Assembly: GCA_964016885.1 (NCBI GenBank)
Contig: OZ024757.1
Span: 20,770,001-20,834,000, forward strand
DNA length: 64,000 nt
Origin: Eledone cirrhosa
Taxonomy: Eukaryota
Reading direction: 5' to 3'
The position numbers and the translations under genes are program-made. A model generated the notes under the pieces. That model was not told the DNA's origin, searched no databases, and worked only from the letters and a program-made list of their open reading frames with translations. Positions 30,110-44,418 of this stretch are shown here, piece after piece. Within the stretch, counting starts at the first letter, position 1. Each line of letters starts with the position of its first letter.

Positions 30110-30762
30110 AATTGTCAAGAGGGCCGAGGGTGTCTTAGCATAACTCAGCAAGACCTTTGTCAGCCGCTCTCCAGATATCTATTTAAGGCTGTATACAGCT
30201 ATGGTGCGACCACACTTAGAATTTGCATCACCAGTCTGGAACCCCTATCTTGCTCAGGACATTGACCGCCTGGAAATTGTTCAGAGACGTGCAACCAAGC
30301 GAATACCCTCTATCAGGCATCTACCATACTCTGAGCGCCTTGCTTCCCTGGGCATGGATTCATTGAAGCTCCGACGCCTGGCAACTGACTTGGTAAACAC
30401 CCACAAAATTGTTAACCATGTTGCCAACAACAACCCTGAGTACCTTTTCGATTTCCATGTGTCTAACACACGTGGACATGCCCACAAAGTAAGAAAACAG
30501 CACAGCTCCCATGACTTTCGGAAACATTTTTTCACGCTCAGAGTTGCTGAAGCATGGAACAAACTACCTGCATCAGTTGTTAGCTGTCGAGACACTGCAT
30601 CCTTTAAGGCCTCCATGCTTCCCGAGATCTGCCAACAGAACAGCTAACACATACACACATGTACTTCCCTGACATTTGTGTATTATTCTATGTACTATAT
30701 TGACGAGTTGTAGTGCACCTGAGCACTTTACACAATAATTTCATTATTATTATTATTATTAT
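30110..30762 (+). mobile_element. 5'-truncated CR1/L2-group LINE (ORF2 C-terminus, 3'UTR, (ATT)n tail), inserted in a degenerate family-2 SINE
   Basis: ORF 30201-30647 with VRPHLEFASPVWNPY, QRRATK, YSERL, TRGH, FFTLRV..WNKLP motifs. Confidence 0.9.
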
Positions 30763-31082
30763 TTTATAAAGGCCCAGAACATATACTGCTAAGCCTTTGT
30801 CCGATGGTCTAACAACTCTGGCAATTCACTGCCCCAACAGAAATGAAAATATTAAAATCAAATAAATGTAACATCTAACCTATATAATTCTATTTTCTTT
30901 TCAAATGAAAATTCAAGAAAGCAAAAGAAGAAAAACTAGCAAAATAAAGGTTAATGTTTTATATGGAGCCATTAATATTTATGTCTAGAATGAAGAAATT
31001 ATTTTTGTTGGCTTCCTTAAAACTGATTCTTCTTTTCTTTTCTTTTAAATCTATTTTTCCCTTTTCAATTCAAATATATATT

Positions 31083-31174
<92 letters not shown>

Positions 31175-31252
31175 GTATATGAATGTGTGTAAGTATATAT
31201 ATTATGTACATTTATGTATATAGATATGTATGTGTGCGTATGTATGTATATG

Positions 31253-31326
<74 letters not shown>

Positions 31327-31376
31327 CCATTCAAGCTGAGAAAAGTGAATATAAAATGATGATGTGATGATATATA

Positions 31377-31408
<32 letters not shown>

Positions 31409-31427
31409 CACATTCATATATATATCA

Positions 31428-31467
<40 letters not shown>

Positions 31468-32429
31468 TTAGATGCTCAGATGATATTATCATTCATGTAC
31501 ATGTAATAATTGTCAGATTTTGACAAAGATGGAACCAGCATTGATAACTAGAAGAGGTATTGCCATATGCCATATTTGGTGCCAGTAAAAGCAGATGCTA
31601 ATGCATTTTTGATTAGGATTTTACCTGTAGTTTGAAAAGACTTCAGAAAAAAGAAAACATCTATAGTCTTTTGATGTGTGCAGAGTTGGTACAGTCTGCC
31701 AGGTGGTTCACAAAAAAACCAGTATATAGGTACCCAACATCTCCCCCTTCATAATAAAAAGACCCCCAAAACAAAAGAAAAACAAGGAGAAAAAAAATAA
31801 ATGTGAAACGAAAATATTCTTGACAGACAACCTCAAAAGAGATACCTGCTGTGTTCAACAGAGTAGAAAATATTGTTTTCTGATTTAGGCACAAGGCCAG
31901 AAATTTGGTAGGAGTAAGATGGAGATTACATTGACTCCAGTACTTGACTGGTTCTTTAATTTTTAATAGTTTCCACATGGTTAGTCAATTAAATCAAGCT
32001 CAATATTTGACTGGTACTTTATTTTATAACAGTTTCTTTTTTTTAGGCAATTTGAAGAGGAAGCATAGAGGAAGGAAGTCGATTAAATTGACCCCAGTGC
32101 ATTACTGGTACTTTCTTTTATAATGGTTTCTAATTTAAGCACAGCACCAGCAATTTGGTGGTGGTGGTGGTGATGTTGGGGGCTGTTGATTAAATCCTCC
32201 CCAGTATTTGACTGGTACTTTCTTTTATTGATCCCCGAGAAGAACGTGAGGCAAGCAGACGTGACATGAAAGAGTGGTGGGTAGGCGGGAAGAGTGGGGA
32301 GAGAGAAAGAAGGAAAAAAGAAGCCGTGCTACCACATCTGCCAGACTTTTGTTGTCCTCTCTTATGGTGACTTGGTGCCAGGAGGACGCATTTTACTTCT
32401 CTGATCTGTCTGTCTGTCTGTCTAATTTG

Positions 32430-33260
32430 TTCAAATGGGTGCCTGGCACCTCGAGTGCCTACAGGCGCTCACAGCCCTCTACCAAGCGAAAACGGCAATC
32501 GGCGGAGACTCCACTTCGACATTCTATAGGGGATTAGTGGAGGATAAGTGCAACGAGGTTCTAGGGGAAACTCTAGACATCGAGGAGGACGAACTGACCA
32601 GTCTGTTCGGGAGGACTTTCCGTCCAGGGCCTATGGATAACTTCCAGAGGTCTCTGGCCTGGCAGTGCTACCGAGGAGCTCTACCAGTTCGAGACAAACT
32701 ATACAGGCATGGACGCCCTGGCAGAGATCCATTCAAAAGGACCTGTCCAAGATGCAAGCAGGACATCGAAACCATTCTGCATGCAATTGTTCAGTGCCCA
32801 GGGGTGACCGACCTGTGGAATTATGTCGAACAGCTGCTGTCACGTGTGAGACGCATCCAGTTGTCAGCCGAGTCCATCGTGAGAATCACCCCACTGCCTT
32901 CATTTAAGAATGAAGGAGAGGCGGTCTTCCTCTGTCTGGGGGCTATGGTGAAAGAGGTAATATGGTGGACAAGGTTAAAAGGACTGAGGGCAAACACCTT
33001 TCTCTCTGGACAACAACTTATCCCCTTCTTTAAGTACTACGTCAGAAGGAAGGTGAGAGTGGAGAGAGAGGTGTTACACTCCAGTAAATTTGCTGAAAGG
33101 TGGGTGTATGTGGTGACAATGGCCCGAGTGAATGGGCCTTCTCTGCATATAAACCTGTAGGTTGAGGAAGACAAACAGGGGGAAGACAGGAACACCTACA
33201 AAACATGTTCCTGGTGTTGAGAGTTGTTCTATCCACGGGGTGTAAAACAACCCTGCAACA
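32430..33260 (+). mobile_element. 5'-truncated Tx1/L1-clade LINE ORF2 C-terminus
   Basis: ORF 32435-33160 with W....GALPVRDKL..CPRC....ETILHAIVQC (zf-RVT-like CCHC); 3' boundary approximate. Confidence 0.8.
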
Positions 33261-33430
33261 ATGTGTTGGGTAAATTTAACCCAACACTGTCATTGATGGC
33301 ATTTTGCTGTTTTAACAGCTTCCTTGTTCTACCTATTATATAAATATATATATATATATATTCTCCCTCTGGAAGAAACAATTGTCAGCAAATAAATGTA
33401 TTAAACTAAGATTTGATTGTTTTAACACTT

Positions 33431-33478
<48 letters not shown>

Positions 33479-33543
33479 ATGTCCCAAGGCTCTGATGCCA
33501 TCAACACTATAAACACAGAGCTGGCATATCTAAGAACTGACTA

Positions 33544-33599
33544 ACTGCCTGATGAGGTCATAGCCATTCAATGGCTATCATCGAAATATATATAGCAGT
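33544..33599 (+). ncRNA. Hammerhead motif, family C
   Basis: actgc CTGATGA ggtcatagccattcaatggctatcatc GAAA tatata TA gcagt. Confidence 0.85.
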
Positions 33600-33640
33600 A
33601 AATAAAGGATTATGAGTTCATGCAATTGACTTATGTTTCG

Positions 33641-33697
<57 letters not shown>

Positions 33698-33775
33698 ATG
33701 ATGATATATATAATGACGGAGAAGAATTTGTTTTGCGAGATTTTTGATATGAAATCGTGTGTCGAAACAATATTA

Positions 33776-33990
33776 TTGGCAGTATCGGTAGAGAGTCGGA
33801 CGCCATGCTTTGCGGCATAGAGTTACGGCCCTTGCCATTCTGAGTTCAAATCCCGCCGACGTTAACTTTGCCTTTCATCCTTACGGGGGTCGATAAAATA
33901 AAGTACCAGTAATGCACTGGGATAATTGCTGGCCTTGTGCCAAAAGCAGAAACAGTTATTGCAACAATATGACCCTCCCCAAGTATAACA

Positions 33991-33992
<2 letters not shown>
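33776..33992 (+). mobile_element. Family-2 SINE
   Basis: Homologous to 49603-49790; shares a 3' extension with 44995-45226. Confidence 0.85.
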
Positions 33993-34021
<29 letters not shown>

Positions 34022-34211
34022 CAGAGAGAGAGAGAGAGAGGGAGAGACTCAGCGCAGAGACTGGGGAGACCACTAATCACGGGAGTACTCAATGTATGGA
34101 GAGATGCAGAGTGGGTATAGAGATGTAAAATTTTGACCACAGTGTCAAGTGGTTCAGCTTGGCACTGAAGTCAGGATTTTACATATCTCTCTGTTATATA
34201 TATATATAATG

Positions 34212-34370
34212 TTGAGAAGCCAGAGGGGATCACCAAGGTTAACGTATGTTGATGCCCTAAGGCCAGACACTGGTCTGTTGGAGATGCAGGACATGGCAGC
34301 GATAATGAGGGACAGAGACCACTGGAGAGAACTCATCCATGGATCTCGGGAATTTTACCTGCCCGAGAAT
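34212..34370 (+). mobile_element. 3' fragment of another RTE-like LINE
   Basis: RGSPRLTYVDALRPDTGL...MRDRDHWRELI resembles RTE C-termini. Confidence 0.6.
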
Positions 34371-34380
34371 ACATATATAT

Positions 34381-34900
34381 CATCATCATCATCATCATCG
34401 TCATCAGGTTTAGCGTCCGTGTTCCACGCTTGCATGGGTTTGGACGGGGGTTTTCCCACTTGAGGCAAGAGTGGTTGTCTTGCTCGCATAGGACTGTCTG
34501 GCGGGTTTTCTACAGTTGGATGCCCTTCCTAACACCAACCACATTTACAGTGTGGGGCTGGGAGGTTTTTACCGTGTTGCCTACACGGCCACATTACAGT
34601 GTGGACTGTCTGGCGGGTTTTCTACAGCTGGATGCCCTTCCTAACACCAACCACATTTACAGTGTGGGGCTGGGAGGTTTTTACCGTGTTGCCTACACGG
34701 CCACATTTACAGCGTGGACTGTGTGTTTTTTGTCGTGACACCTACACGATCTCATTTGTTTCGGCCTGGATGTTGTGGGACCAACATAACTTTACATTGA
34801 AAGGGGCGGTGTGGATGGGCTGGAGGTGGTGGGACGGGGGGGGGGGGGGGTGTTTTGATAGAGATGCCTACTGACTGTAGTAGGTTTTTACTTTGTATTT
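34381..34900 (-). mobile_element. RTE LINE 3'UTR with two 112-bp modules
   Basis: Near-identical to the reverse complement of 25305-26268. Confidence 0.9.
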
Positions 34901-35113
34901 ATATATATAAGAATTAAAATACTAGAGTGTGTTGGAGTTAAACACACTCTTCATATTATAGAAATGACAGTATAAGATATAGCTCAATGTAATTAAACAG
35001 AGCCGAAGAATTATAAAAAATAAACCAAAGAAGCCTTCAATACATCAAAAGACATTCAACATTGTTGGCTAATAAAGACTTTTGATGTATTGAAGGCTTC
35101 TTTGGTTTATTTT

Positions 35114-35158
<45 letters not shown>

Positions 35159-36028
35159 GAAAACCAAAAATCAGTGATTTTAGGATAGGATCCAAAATCA
35201 ATAGACGTGTCCGAGGAACCTGCGAGACTAGAATCAGGTAGATCCTCACACGGGTCGCACCTCAAGCTGTTTGCCGGGGAAACAATTGTAACACACAATA
35301 AATTGAGTTCCGATGCATCACTGATTTTTCGTTTTCCATTCTATAATACTCTGCTCTGTAGGAGCATAGAGTGCTCAACCGGCATACCGCCTATGGAAGC
35401 ATCTTTGCTACCATTAGACATTTATATATATATGTATGTATAAATATGCCCTGAGTGTGTCTTTTTGGAAATTATTCTCAGTTTCTTCATCACAACAAAC
35501 AAGGTAACTGGTTTTAAATGCTGAATAAGGAATTAAAAGTTGAATGAATAAAACAATTTTAAATAATTTCATTGAAAAAAATAGGCAAAAATATTAAACC
35601 TGAATAAATCGATAACCCCCTCCCCCCCTCCCCTTAAAACATCCCCAAAAAACTAATAAATACAATTATTCTGGTTAGATTTAATTTTAAGTCAGAGATT
35701 TATATTTCTTATATGGTTGGCAATAATTTCTTTTTTAGAACTTTCAAGCACGATTACTCACTCACTCTCTCTCTCTTACACACACTCATTCACTCTCTCT
35801 CTCTCTCTCTCTTACACACACACACTCACTCTCTCTCTCTTACACACACTCACTCACTCTCTCTTACACACACTCACTCACTCTCTCTCTCACACACACA
35901 CACACACACTCTCTCTTACACACATACATACACACACACACACACAGTCACTCTCTCTCACTCTCTCTTACACACACCCACACTCACTCACACACACATA
36001 CACACACTCACTCTTACACACACACACA

Positions 36029-36059
<31 letters not shown>

Positions 36060-36276
36060 TCTCTCTCTCTCATACACACGCACACGGACAGAAAGGTGTT
36101 TATATATATATAAACATATATACATATACAAATATACTCAAACATATTCACATTACACACACATATATACACACACATATATATACACATATATATACAC
36201 ATATATACACACACACATATATATATACACGCACATATATATATACACACATACATACATATATATACTTATATAT

Positions 36277-36608
36277 GGAGGCACGTGGCTTAGTGGTTAG
36301 AGCATTGGCCTTACAATCGAAAAGTTGTGAGTTCAATTCTCAGACTGGGTGATGTGTTGTGTCCTTGAGCAAGACACTTTATTTCACATTGCTCCAGTTT
36401 ACTCAGCTGTAGAAATGAGATGATAGGGACTAGGGTCCTTATCATTCCACTGCAAAGTGGTCGTGGAGGTGCCACGGCAAAAAAGCACCCAGCACTCACT
36501 GTAAATGAGGTTGGTGTTAGGAAGGGCATCCAGCTGTAGAAATCAAGCCAGAATCAGTTCCCGTCCCACCCTTGCAAGCAGGGAAAAGTGGACGTAAAAT
36601 GAAATGAT
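36277..36608 (+). mobile_element. Family-1 SINE
   Basis: Homologous to 7336-7692. Confidence 0.9.
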
Positions 36609-36792
36609 ACACACACATATATATATATGCACACACATATATCTCATATGAAATGATACAGCCAATTTTCCACACAATACAATTAGTTAGCACCCCGAAC
36701 GTTTAATTAGGAATATACTCAGGTATTTTCTAATGTTTGTTGAGTGAGTTGGAATTTGGCCGGAGTATCGCTATTAGCTTTCTCCGATTATG

Positions 36793-36844
<52 letters not shown>

Positions 36845-37204
36845 CATATATATACACACATATATATATGCATATTCACATTACACACACATATGTATAT
36901 ACACATATATACACACATATATATATACATATATATACACACACACATATATATATATACACATATATATATATACACACACATATATTTACACACATAT
37001 ATATATATATTCACATTACACACACATATATATACACATATATATACACATATATATATACATATATATATACACACACATATATATACATATATATACA
37101 CACATATATATATATATATATATATATTCACATTACACACACATATATATACACACACATTTATACACATATATACACACACACATATATATACATACAT
37201 ATAT

Positions 37205-37238
<34 letters not shown>

Positions 37239-37911
37239 ACACACACACACACATATATACACATATATATATATACATATTCACATTACACATATATATA
37301 TACATACATATTCCCATTACACACACACACATATATATACATATATATATACACACACACACACATATATACACACACATATATATACACACACATATAT
37401 ACACACACACATATATATATACACACACACACATATATACACACACACATACATATACACACACACACATGTATACACACACACATATATATACACACAC
37501 ACATATATATAGACATATATACCCATGTACACAGACATGCTGCCAACACCCAGTCACACCTATATGTGTTTTTCTGATCTGTCCTTTATATTTCTGTATT
37601 TCTCTTCTGCTGAGGAAGTGAAAGAAAAGCCAGATATTTTGATAATTGGAAATCTAAGAATACAAAACATACGAAATAAGCAAAGATGTCCATTATTTTG
37701 AATCGAAATTGTTTTATTGTATTCACTGTATGGCACCACACATCCTGTACAATATTAAATAACATTTTAAAATGCCTCATCTCATTTGTCGACAACATTC
37801 TATGAATATATTACATATGTAAGTACTTATTACATGCGAGGGCAGGTACATGGCTTAGCCTAAAGTCTGTCTTCAGCCCAGACTCTCATCAGGTTGGTGC
37901 TTATCTCGATT

Positions 37912-39003
37912 TCTGTGGTGTGAAGTAACTGAGAGGCCAAGACTCCCCACTGGACAGGAGGCCTGTCTATTGCATGGTAACCTCTCCCACCCATCTGTGG
38001 TGTGAAGTGACAGAGTACAAGACTCCCCACTGGACAGGAGGCCTGTCTATTGCATGGTTAGCTCTCCCACCCCTCTGTGGTGTGAAGTAACAGAATACAA
38101 GACTCCCCACTGGACAGGAGGCCTGTCTATTGCATGGTTACGTCTCCCACCCATCTGTGGTGTGAAGTAACAGAGTACAAGACTCCCCACTGGACAGGAG
38201 GCCTGTCTATTGCATGGTTACGTCTCCCACCCATCTGTGGTGTGAAGTAACAGAGTACAAGACTCCCCACTGGACAGGAGGCCTGTCTATTGCATGGTTA
38301 CGTCTCCCACCCATCTGTGGTGTGAAGTAACAGAATACAAGACTCCCCACTGGACAGGAGGCCTGTCTATTGCATGGTTACGTCTCCCACCCATCTGTGG
38401 TGTGAAGTAACAGAGTACAAGACTCCCCACTGGACAGGAGGCCTGTCTATTGCATGGTTACGTCTCCCACCCATCTGTGGTGTGAAGTAACAGAATACAA
38501 GACTCCCCACTGGACAGGAGGCCTGTCTATTGCATGGTTACGTCTCCCACCCATCTGTGGTGTGAAGTAACAGAGTACAAGACTCCCCACTGGACAGGAG
38601 GCCTGTCTATTGCATGGTTACGTCTCCCACCCATCTGTGGTGTGAAGTAACAGAATACAAGACTCCCCACTGGACAGGAGGCCTGTCTATTGCATGGTTA
38701 CGTCTCCCACCCATCTGTGGTGTGAAGTAACAGAGTACAAGACTCCCCACTGGACAGGAGGCCTGTCTATTGCATGGTTACGTCTCCCACCCATCTGTGG
38801 TGTGAAGTAACAGAATACAAGACTCCCCACTGGACAGGAGGCCTGTCTATTGCATGGTTACGTCTCCCACCCATCTGTGGTGTGAAGTAACAGAGTACAA
38901 GACTCCCCACTGGACAGGAGGCCTGTCTATTGCATGGTTACGTCTCCCACCCATCTGTGGTGTGAACTGACAGAGTACAAGACTCCCCACTGGACAGGAG
39001 GCC
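37912..39003. repeat. 80-bp satellite, ~14 copies, probably derived from a SINE 3' region
   Basis: gactccccac at 37941, 38021, 38101 and onward to 38981; two variants alternate between 38331 and 38891. Confidence 0.95.
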
Positions 39004-41232
39004 ACACACCTCCACATAACACACCACCCAGTCCAGGAATTGAACCTATGATATTATGATAGTAAGTCCAACACCCTTACCACTAGGCCACACACCTCCA
39101 CATAACACACCACCCAGTCCAGGAATTGAACCTATGATATTATGATAGTAAGTCCAACACCCTTACCACTAGGCCACACACCTCCACATAACACACCACC
39201 CAGTCCAGGAATTGAACCTATGATATTATGATAGTAAGTCCAACACCCTTACCACTAGGCCACACACCTCCACATAACACACCACCCAGTCCAGGAATTG
39301 AACCCACACCATTATGATAGTAAGTCCAACACCCTTACCACTAGGCCACACACCTCCACATAACACACCACCCAGTCCAGGAATTGAACCTATGATATTA
39401 TGATAGTAAGTCCAACACCCTTACCACTAGGCCACACACCTCCACATAACACACCACCCAGTCCAGGAATTGAACCTATGATATTATGATTGTAAGTCCA
39501 ACACCCTTACCACTGGGCCACACACCTCCACATAACACACCACCCAGTCCAGGAATTGAACCCACACCATTATGATTAGTAAGTCCAACACCCTTACCAC
39601 TAGGCCACACACCTCCACATAACACACCACCCAGTCCAGGAATTGAACCCACACCATTATGATAGTAAGTCCAACACCCTTACCACTAGGCCACACGCCT
39701 CCACATAACACACCACCCAGTCCAGGAATTGAACCCACACCATTATGATAGTAAGTCCAACACCCTTACCACTAGGCCACACACCTCCACATAACACACC
39801 ACCCAGTCCAGGAATTGAACCCACACCATTATGATAGTAAGTCCAACACACTTACCACTAGGCCACACACCTCCACAAAACACACCACCCAGTCCAGGAA
39901 TTGAACCTATGATATTATGATAGTAAGTCCAACACCCTTACCACTAGGCCACACACCTCCACATAACACACCACCCAGTCCAGGAATTGAATCTATGATA
40001 TTATGATAGTAAGTCCAACACCCTTACCACTAGGCCACACACCTCCACATAACACACCACCCAGTCCAGGAATTGAACCTATGATATTATGATAGTAAGT
40101 CCAACACCCTTACCACTAGGCCACACACCTCCACATAACACACCACCCAGTCCAGGAATTGAACCCACACCATTATGATAGTAAGTCCAACACCCTTACC
40201 ACTAGGCCACACACCTCCACAAAACACACCACCCAGTCCAGGAATTGAACCTATGATATTATGATAGTAAGTCCAACACCCTTACCACTAGGCCACACAC
40301 CTCCACATAACACACCACCCAGTCCAGGAATTGAACCCACACCATTATGATTAGTAAGTCCAACACCCTTACCACTAGGCCACACACCTCCACATAACAC
40401 ACCACCCAGTCCAGGAATTGAACCAATGATATTATGATTGTAAGTCCAACACCCTTACCACTGGGCCACACACCTCCACATAACACACCACCCAGTCTAG
40501 GAATTGAACCCATGATATTATGATAGTAAGTCCAACACCCTTACCACTAGGCCACACACCTCCACATAACACACCACCCAGTCTAGGAATTGAACCCATG
40601 ATATTATGATTGTAAGTCCAACACCCTTACCACTGGGCCACACACCTCCACATAACACACCACCCAGTCTAGGAATTGAACCCATGATATTATGATAGTA
40701 AGTCCAACACCCTTACCACTAGGCCACACACCTCCACATAACACACCACCCAGTCCAGGAATTGAACCCACACCATTATGATAGTAAGTCCAACACCCTT
40801 ACCACTAGGCCACACACCTCCACATAACACACCACCCAGTCCAGGAATTGAACCCACACCATTATGATAGTAAGTCCAACACCCTTACCACTAGGCCACA
40901 CACCTCCACATAACACACCACCCAGTCTAGGAATTGAACCCACACCATTATGATAGTAAGTCCAACACCCTTACCACTAGGCCACACACCTCCACATAAC
41001 ACACCACCCAGTCCAGGAATTGAACCCACACCATTATGATAGTAAGTCCAACACCCTTACCACTAGGCCACACACCTCCACATAACACACCACCCATTCC
41101 AGGAATTGAACCTATCATATAATGATTGTAAGTCCAACACCCTTACCACTAGGCCACACACCTCCACATAACACACCACCCAGTCCAGGAATTGAACCTA
41201 TCATATAATGATTGTAAGTCCAACACCATTAC
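38999..41232 (-). repeat. 86-bp tandem array (~26 copies) of a tRNA-like SINE head with A and B boxes
   Basis: Minus unit GGAGGTGTGTGGCCTAGTGGTAAGGGTGTTGGAC...GGTTCAATTCCTGGACTGGG, homologous to the family-1 SINE head. Confidence 0.9.
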
Positions 41233-41504
41233 TATATATGGCTCTGTGGTTAGGGTGTTCAGTTCATGATTGCAAACCTCGTAAGCTTGATTCCAGGCAG
41301 AGCGTGATGTGTTCCTGACTGAGAAACTTTATTTCATATTGCTCCAGTCCACTCAGTTGGAAATATGAGCTCTACATGTACCAATACTAAGTTCAGCATC
41401 CAAAAGTAATGAGTGTTTATATATATGTATATATCTATCCAGGAAAACCTTGAACCGTTAAGATCTCCTTCCTGGATATGTCACTATTTATAAAACAAAC
41501 TTTG

Positions 41505-41565
41505 TATTTTATCTGATGAGAGCGTACTAAAGTTTTAGTACCCTTGAAATATATATAATAGAATA
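41505..41565 (+). ncRNA. Hammerhead motif, family A variant
   Basis: tattttat CTGATGA gagcgtactaaa-gt-tttagtaccctt GAAA tatata TA atagaata. Confidence 0.8.
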
Positions 41566-41621
41566 AATATGGTTTTATAAATATAGTTTCCATTTATTAA
41601 TATCATTGATATATATATATA

Positions 41622-42330
41622 GGGGAAGCACATAGCTTAGTGGTTAGAGCATTGGCCTTGCAATCGAAAGGTTGTGAGTTCAATTTTCAGACCGGGTGAT
41701 GTGTTGTGTACTTGAGCAAGACACTTTATTTCACATTGCTCCAGTTTACTCAGCTGTAGAAATGAGATGATAGCACTGGGGTCCATATCATTCCACTGTA
41801 AAGTGGGCATGTAGGTGCCACAGAAAAAAAGCACCCAGCACTCACTGTAAATGAAGTTGGTGTTAGGAAGGGCATCCATGTAGAAATCAAGCCAGAATCA
41901 GTTCCCGTCACACCCTTGCAAGCAGGGAAAAGCAGACGTAAAATGATGATGATGATATATGATATATATATATATATATATATGGAGGCACATGGCTTAG
42001 TGGTTAGAGCATTGGCCTTGCAATCGAAAAGGTTGTGAGTTCAATTCTCAGACCGGGTGATGTGTTGTTTCCTTGAGCAAGACACTTTATTTCACATTGC
42101 TCCAGTTTACTCAGCTGTAGAAATGAGATGATAGGGACTGGAGTCCCTATCATTCCACTGTAAAGTGGTCGTGGAGGTGCCACGGCAAAAAAGCACCCAG
42201 CACTCACTGTAAATGAGGTTGGTGTTAGGAAGGGCATCCAGCTGTAGAAATCAAGCCAGAATCAGTTCCCGTCACACCCTTGCAAGCAGGGAAAAGCGGA
42301 CGTAAAATGAAATGATGATGAGATGATGAA
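41622..42330 (+). mobile_element. Two tandem family-1 SINEs (41622-41955, 41983-42330)
   Basis: Homologous to 7336-7692. Confidence 0.9.
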
Positions 42331-42681
42331 TGTATTATGTATGTATGTATAAATATATAATATATTATGTATGTAAAATTATATATATATATATATCATG
42401 TATGTAAAACTACACACATATATAGATATTATATATATATATATGTATAGTGAGAAAAGAGTTCAGATGTGTGTGTCTAAATACTATTGAGAGTTTTGAG
42501 ATAAAAGTCTAATACCAATTTATAATATTGATTTCTTACAGAGTCAGGCTGTCTTACAATTGATTGATGAGGCAAGTTGAGATGATATTTTGACATTGAT
42601 CATTATTTAGCGTGAGGAGAGGGAGTGGACATCTGTAGAGGTGGTGTCTGAAACTGGTGAGCTCAATACTGGTTAAACCTC

Positions 42682-43645
42682 TGCTGAAGAGGTCGGGGGT
42701 ACAGGACACAGTTTCCGGTGGTTTAGCCCAAGGTCACTCTTCATTGAGCATACCACTCATCAATACTAATGTAGCTACGATCATTTTGTTTTAAGACAGA
42801 CGGTAGCAAGATTTCATCATCATCAACATCACCAACGTCACCATCTTCCAATGGCGTAGGCATTACAATACAACGGGCGGAAAAATAATAGTGTCACTGA
42901 TGATGTCACAGATGTGTCACGAAAGAACTTTGATAGACTATATATATATTCGTATCTGTACATTTAACTGTTGGACAATCAGTGATAAACACTGATTGTC
43001 AGGTAAATTAACTATGGAGGTACAAAAGATACAGACTGCTGAAGGGGTGGGGGGTGGGGTGAAAGTTTCAGGTGGTTTAGCCCAAGGTCACTCTTCATTG
43101 AGCATACCACTCATCAATACTAATGTAGCTATGATCATTTTGTTTTAAGACAGACGGTAGCAAGATTTCATCATCATCAACATCACCAACGTCACCATCT
43201 TCCAATGGCGTAGGCATTACAATACAACGGGCGGAAAAATAATAGTGTCACTGATGATGTCACAGATGTGTCACGAAAGAACTTTGATAGACTATATATA
43301 TATATTCGTATCTGTACATTTAACTGTTGGACAATCAGTGATAAACACTGATTGTCAGGTAAATTAACTATGGAGGTACAAAAGATACAGACTGCTGAAG
43401 GGGTGGGGGGTGGGGTGAAAGTTTCAGGTGGTTTAGCCCAAGGTCACCCTTCACTGAGCATACCACTCATCAATACTAATGGAGCTACGACCATTTTGTT
43501 TTAAGACAGACGGTAGCAAGATTTCATCATCATCAACACCACCAACGTCACCATCTTCCAATGGCGTGGGCATTACAATACAACGAGCGGAAAAATAATA
43601 GTGTACACTGATGATGTCACAGATGTGTCACGAAAGAACTTTGAT

Positions 43646-43700
<55 letters not shown>

Positions 43701-44418
43701 GGATCTGTATTTTTAACTGTTGGACAATCAGTGATAAACACTGATTGTCAGGTAAATTAACTATGGAGGTACAAAAGATACAGACTGCTGAAGGGGTGGG
43801 GGGTGGGGTGAAAGTTTCAGGTGGTTTAGCCCAAGGTCACTCTTCATTGAGCATACCACTCATCAATACTAATGTAGCTATGATCATTTTGTTTTAAGAC
43901 AGACGGTAGCAAGATTTCATCATCATCAACACCACCAACGTCACCATCTTCCAATGGCGTGGGCATTACAATACAACGGGCAGAAACATAATAGTGTCAC
44001 TGATGATGTCACAGATGTGTCACGAAAGAACTTTGATAGACTATATATATATATTCGTATCTGTACATTTAACTGTTGGACAATCAGTGATAAACACTGA
44101 TTGTCAGGTAAATTAACTATGGAGGTACAAAAGATACAGACTGCTGAAGAGGTTGGGGGAGGGGGGGGTTAAGTTTCAGGTGGTTTAGCCCTAGGTCACT
44201 CTTCATTGAGCATACCACTCATCAATACTAATGTAGCTATGATCATTTTGTTTTAAGACAGACGGTAGCAAGATTTCATCATCATCAACATCACCAATGT
44301 CACCATCTTCCAATGGCGTGGGCATTACAATACAACGGGCGGAAAAATAATAGTGTACACTGATGATGTCACAGATGTGTCACGAAAGAACTTTGATAGA
44401 CTATATATATATTCTTAT
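42682..44418 (+). repeat. ~355-bp tandem repeat, 5 copies, each with a hammerhead motif (retrozyme-like)
   Basis: CTGATGA at 42897, 43251, 43608, 44000, 44360, each followed by t-gtcaca-gatg-tgtcac GAAA gaac TT tgata. Confidence 0.75.

Noticed and set aside
37912-41232. CRISPR-like regular arrays (also 15285-17942, 29325-29822)
   Set aside because: No unique spacers, no cas genes, eukaryotic context
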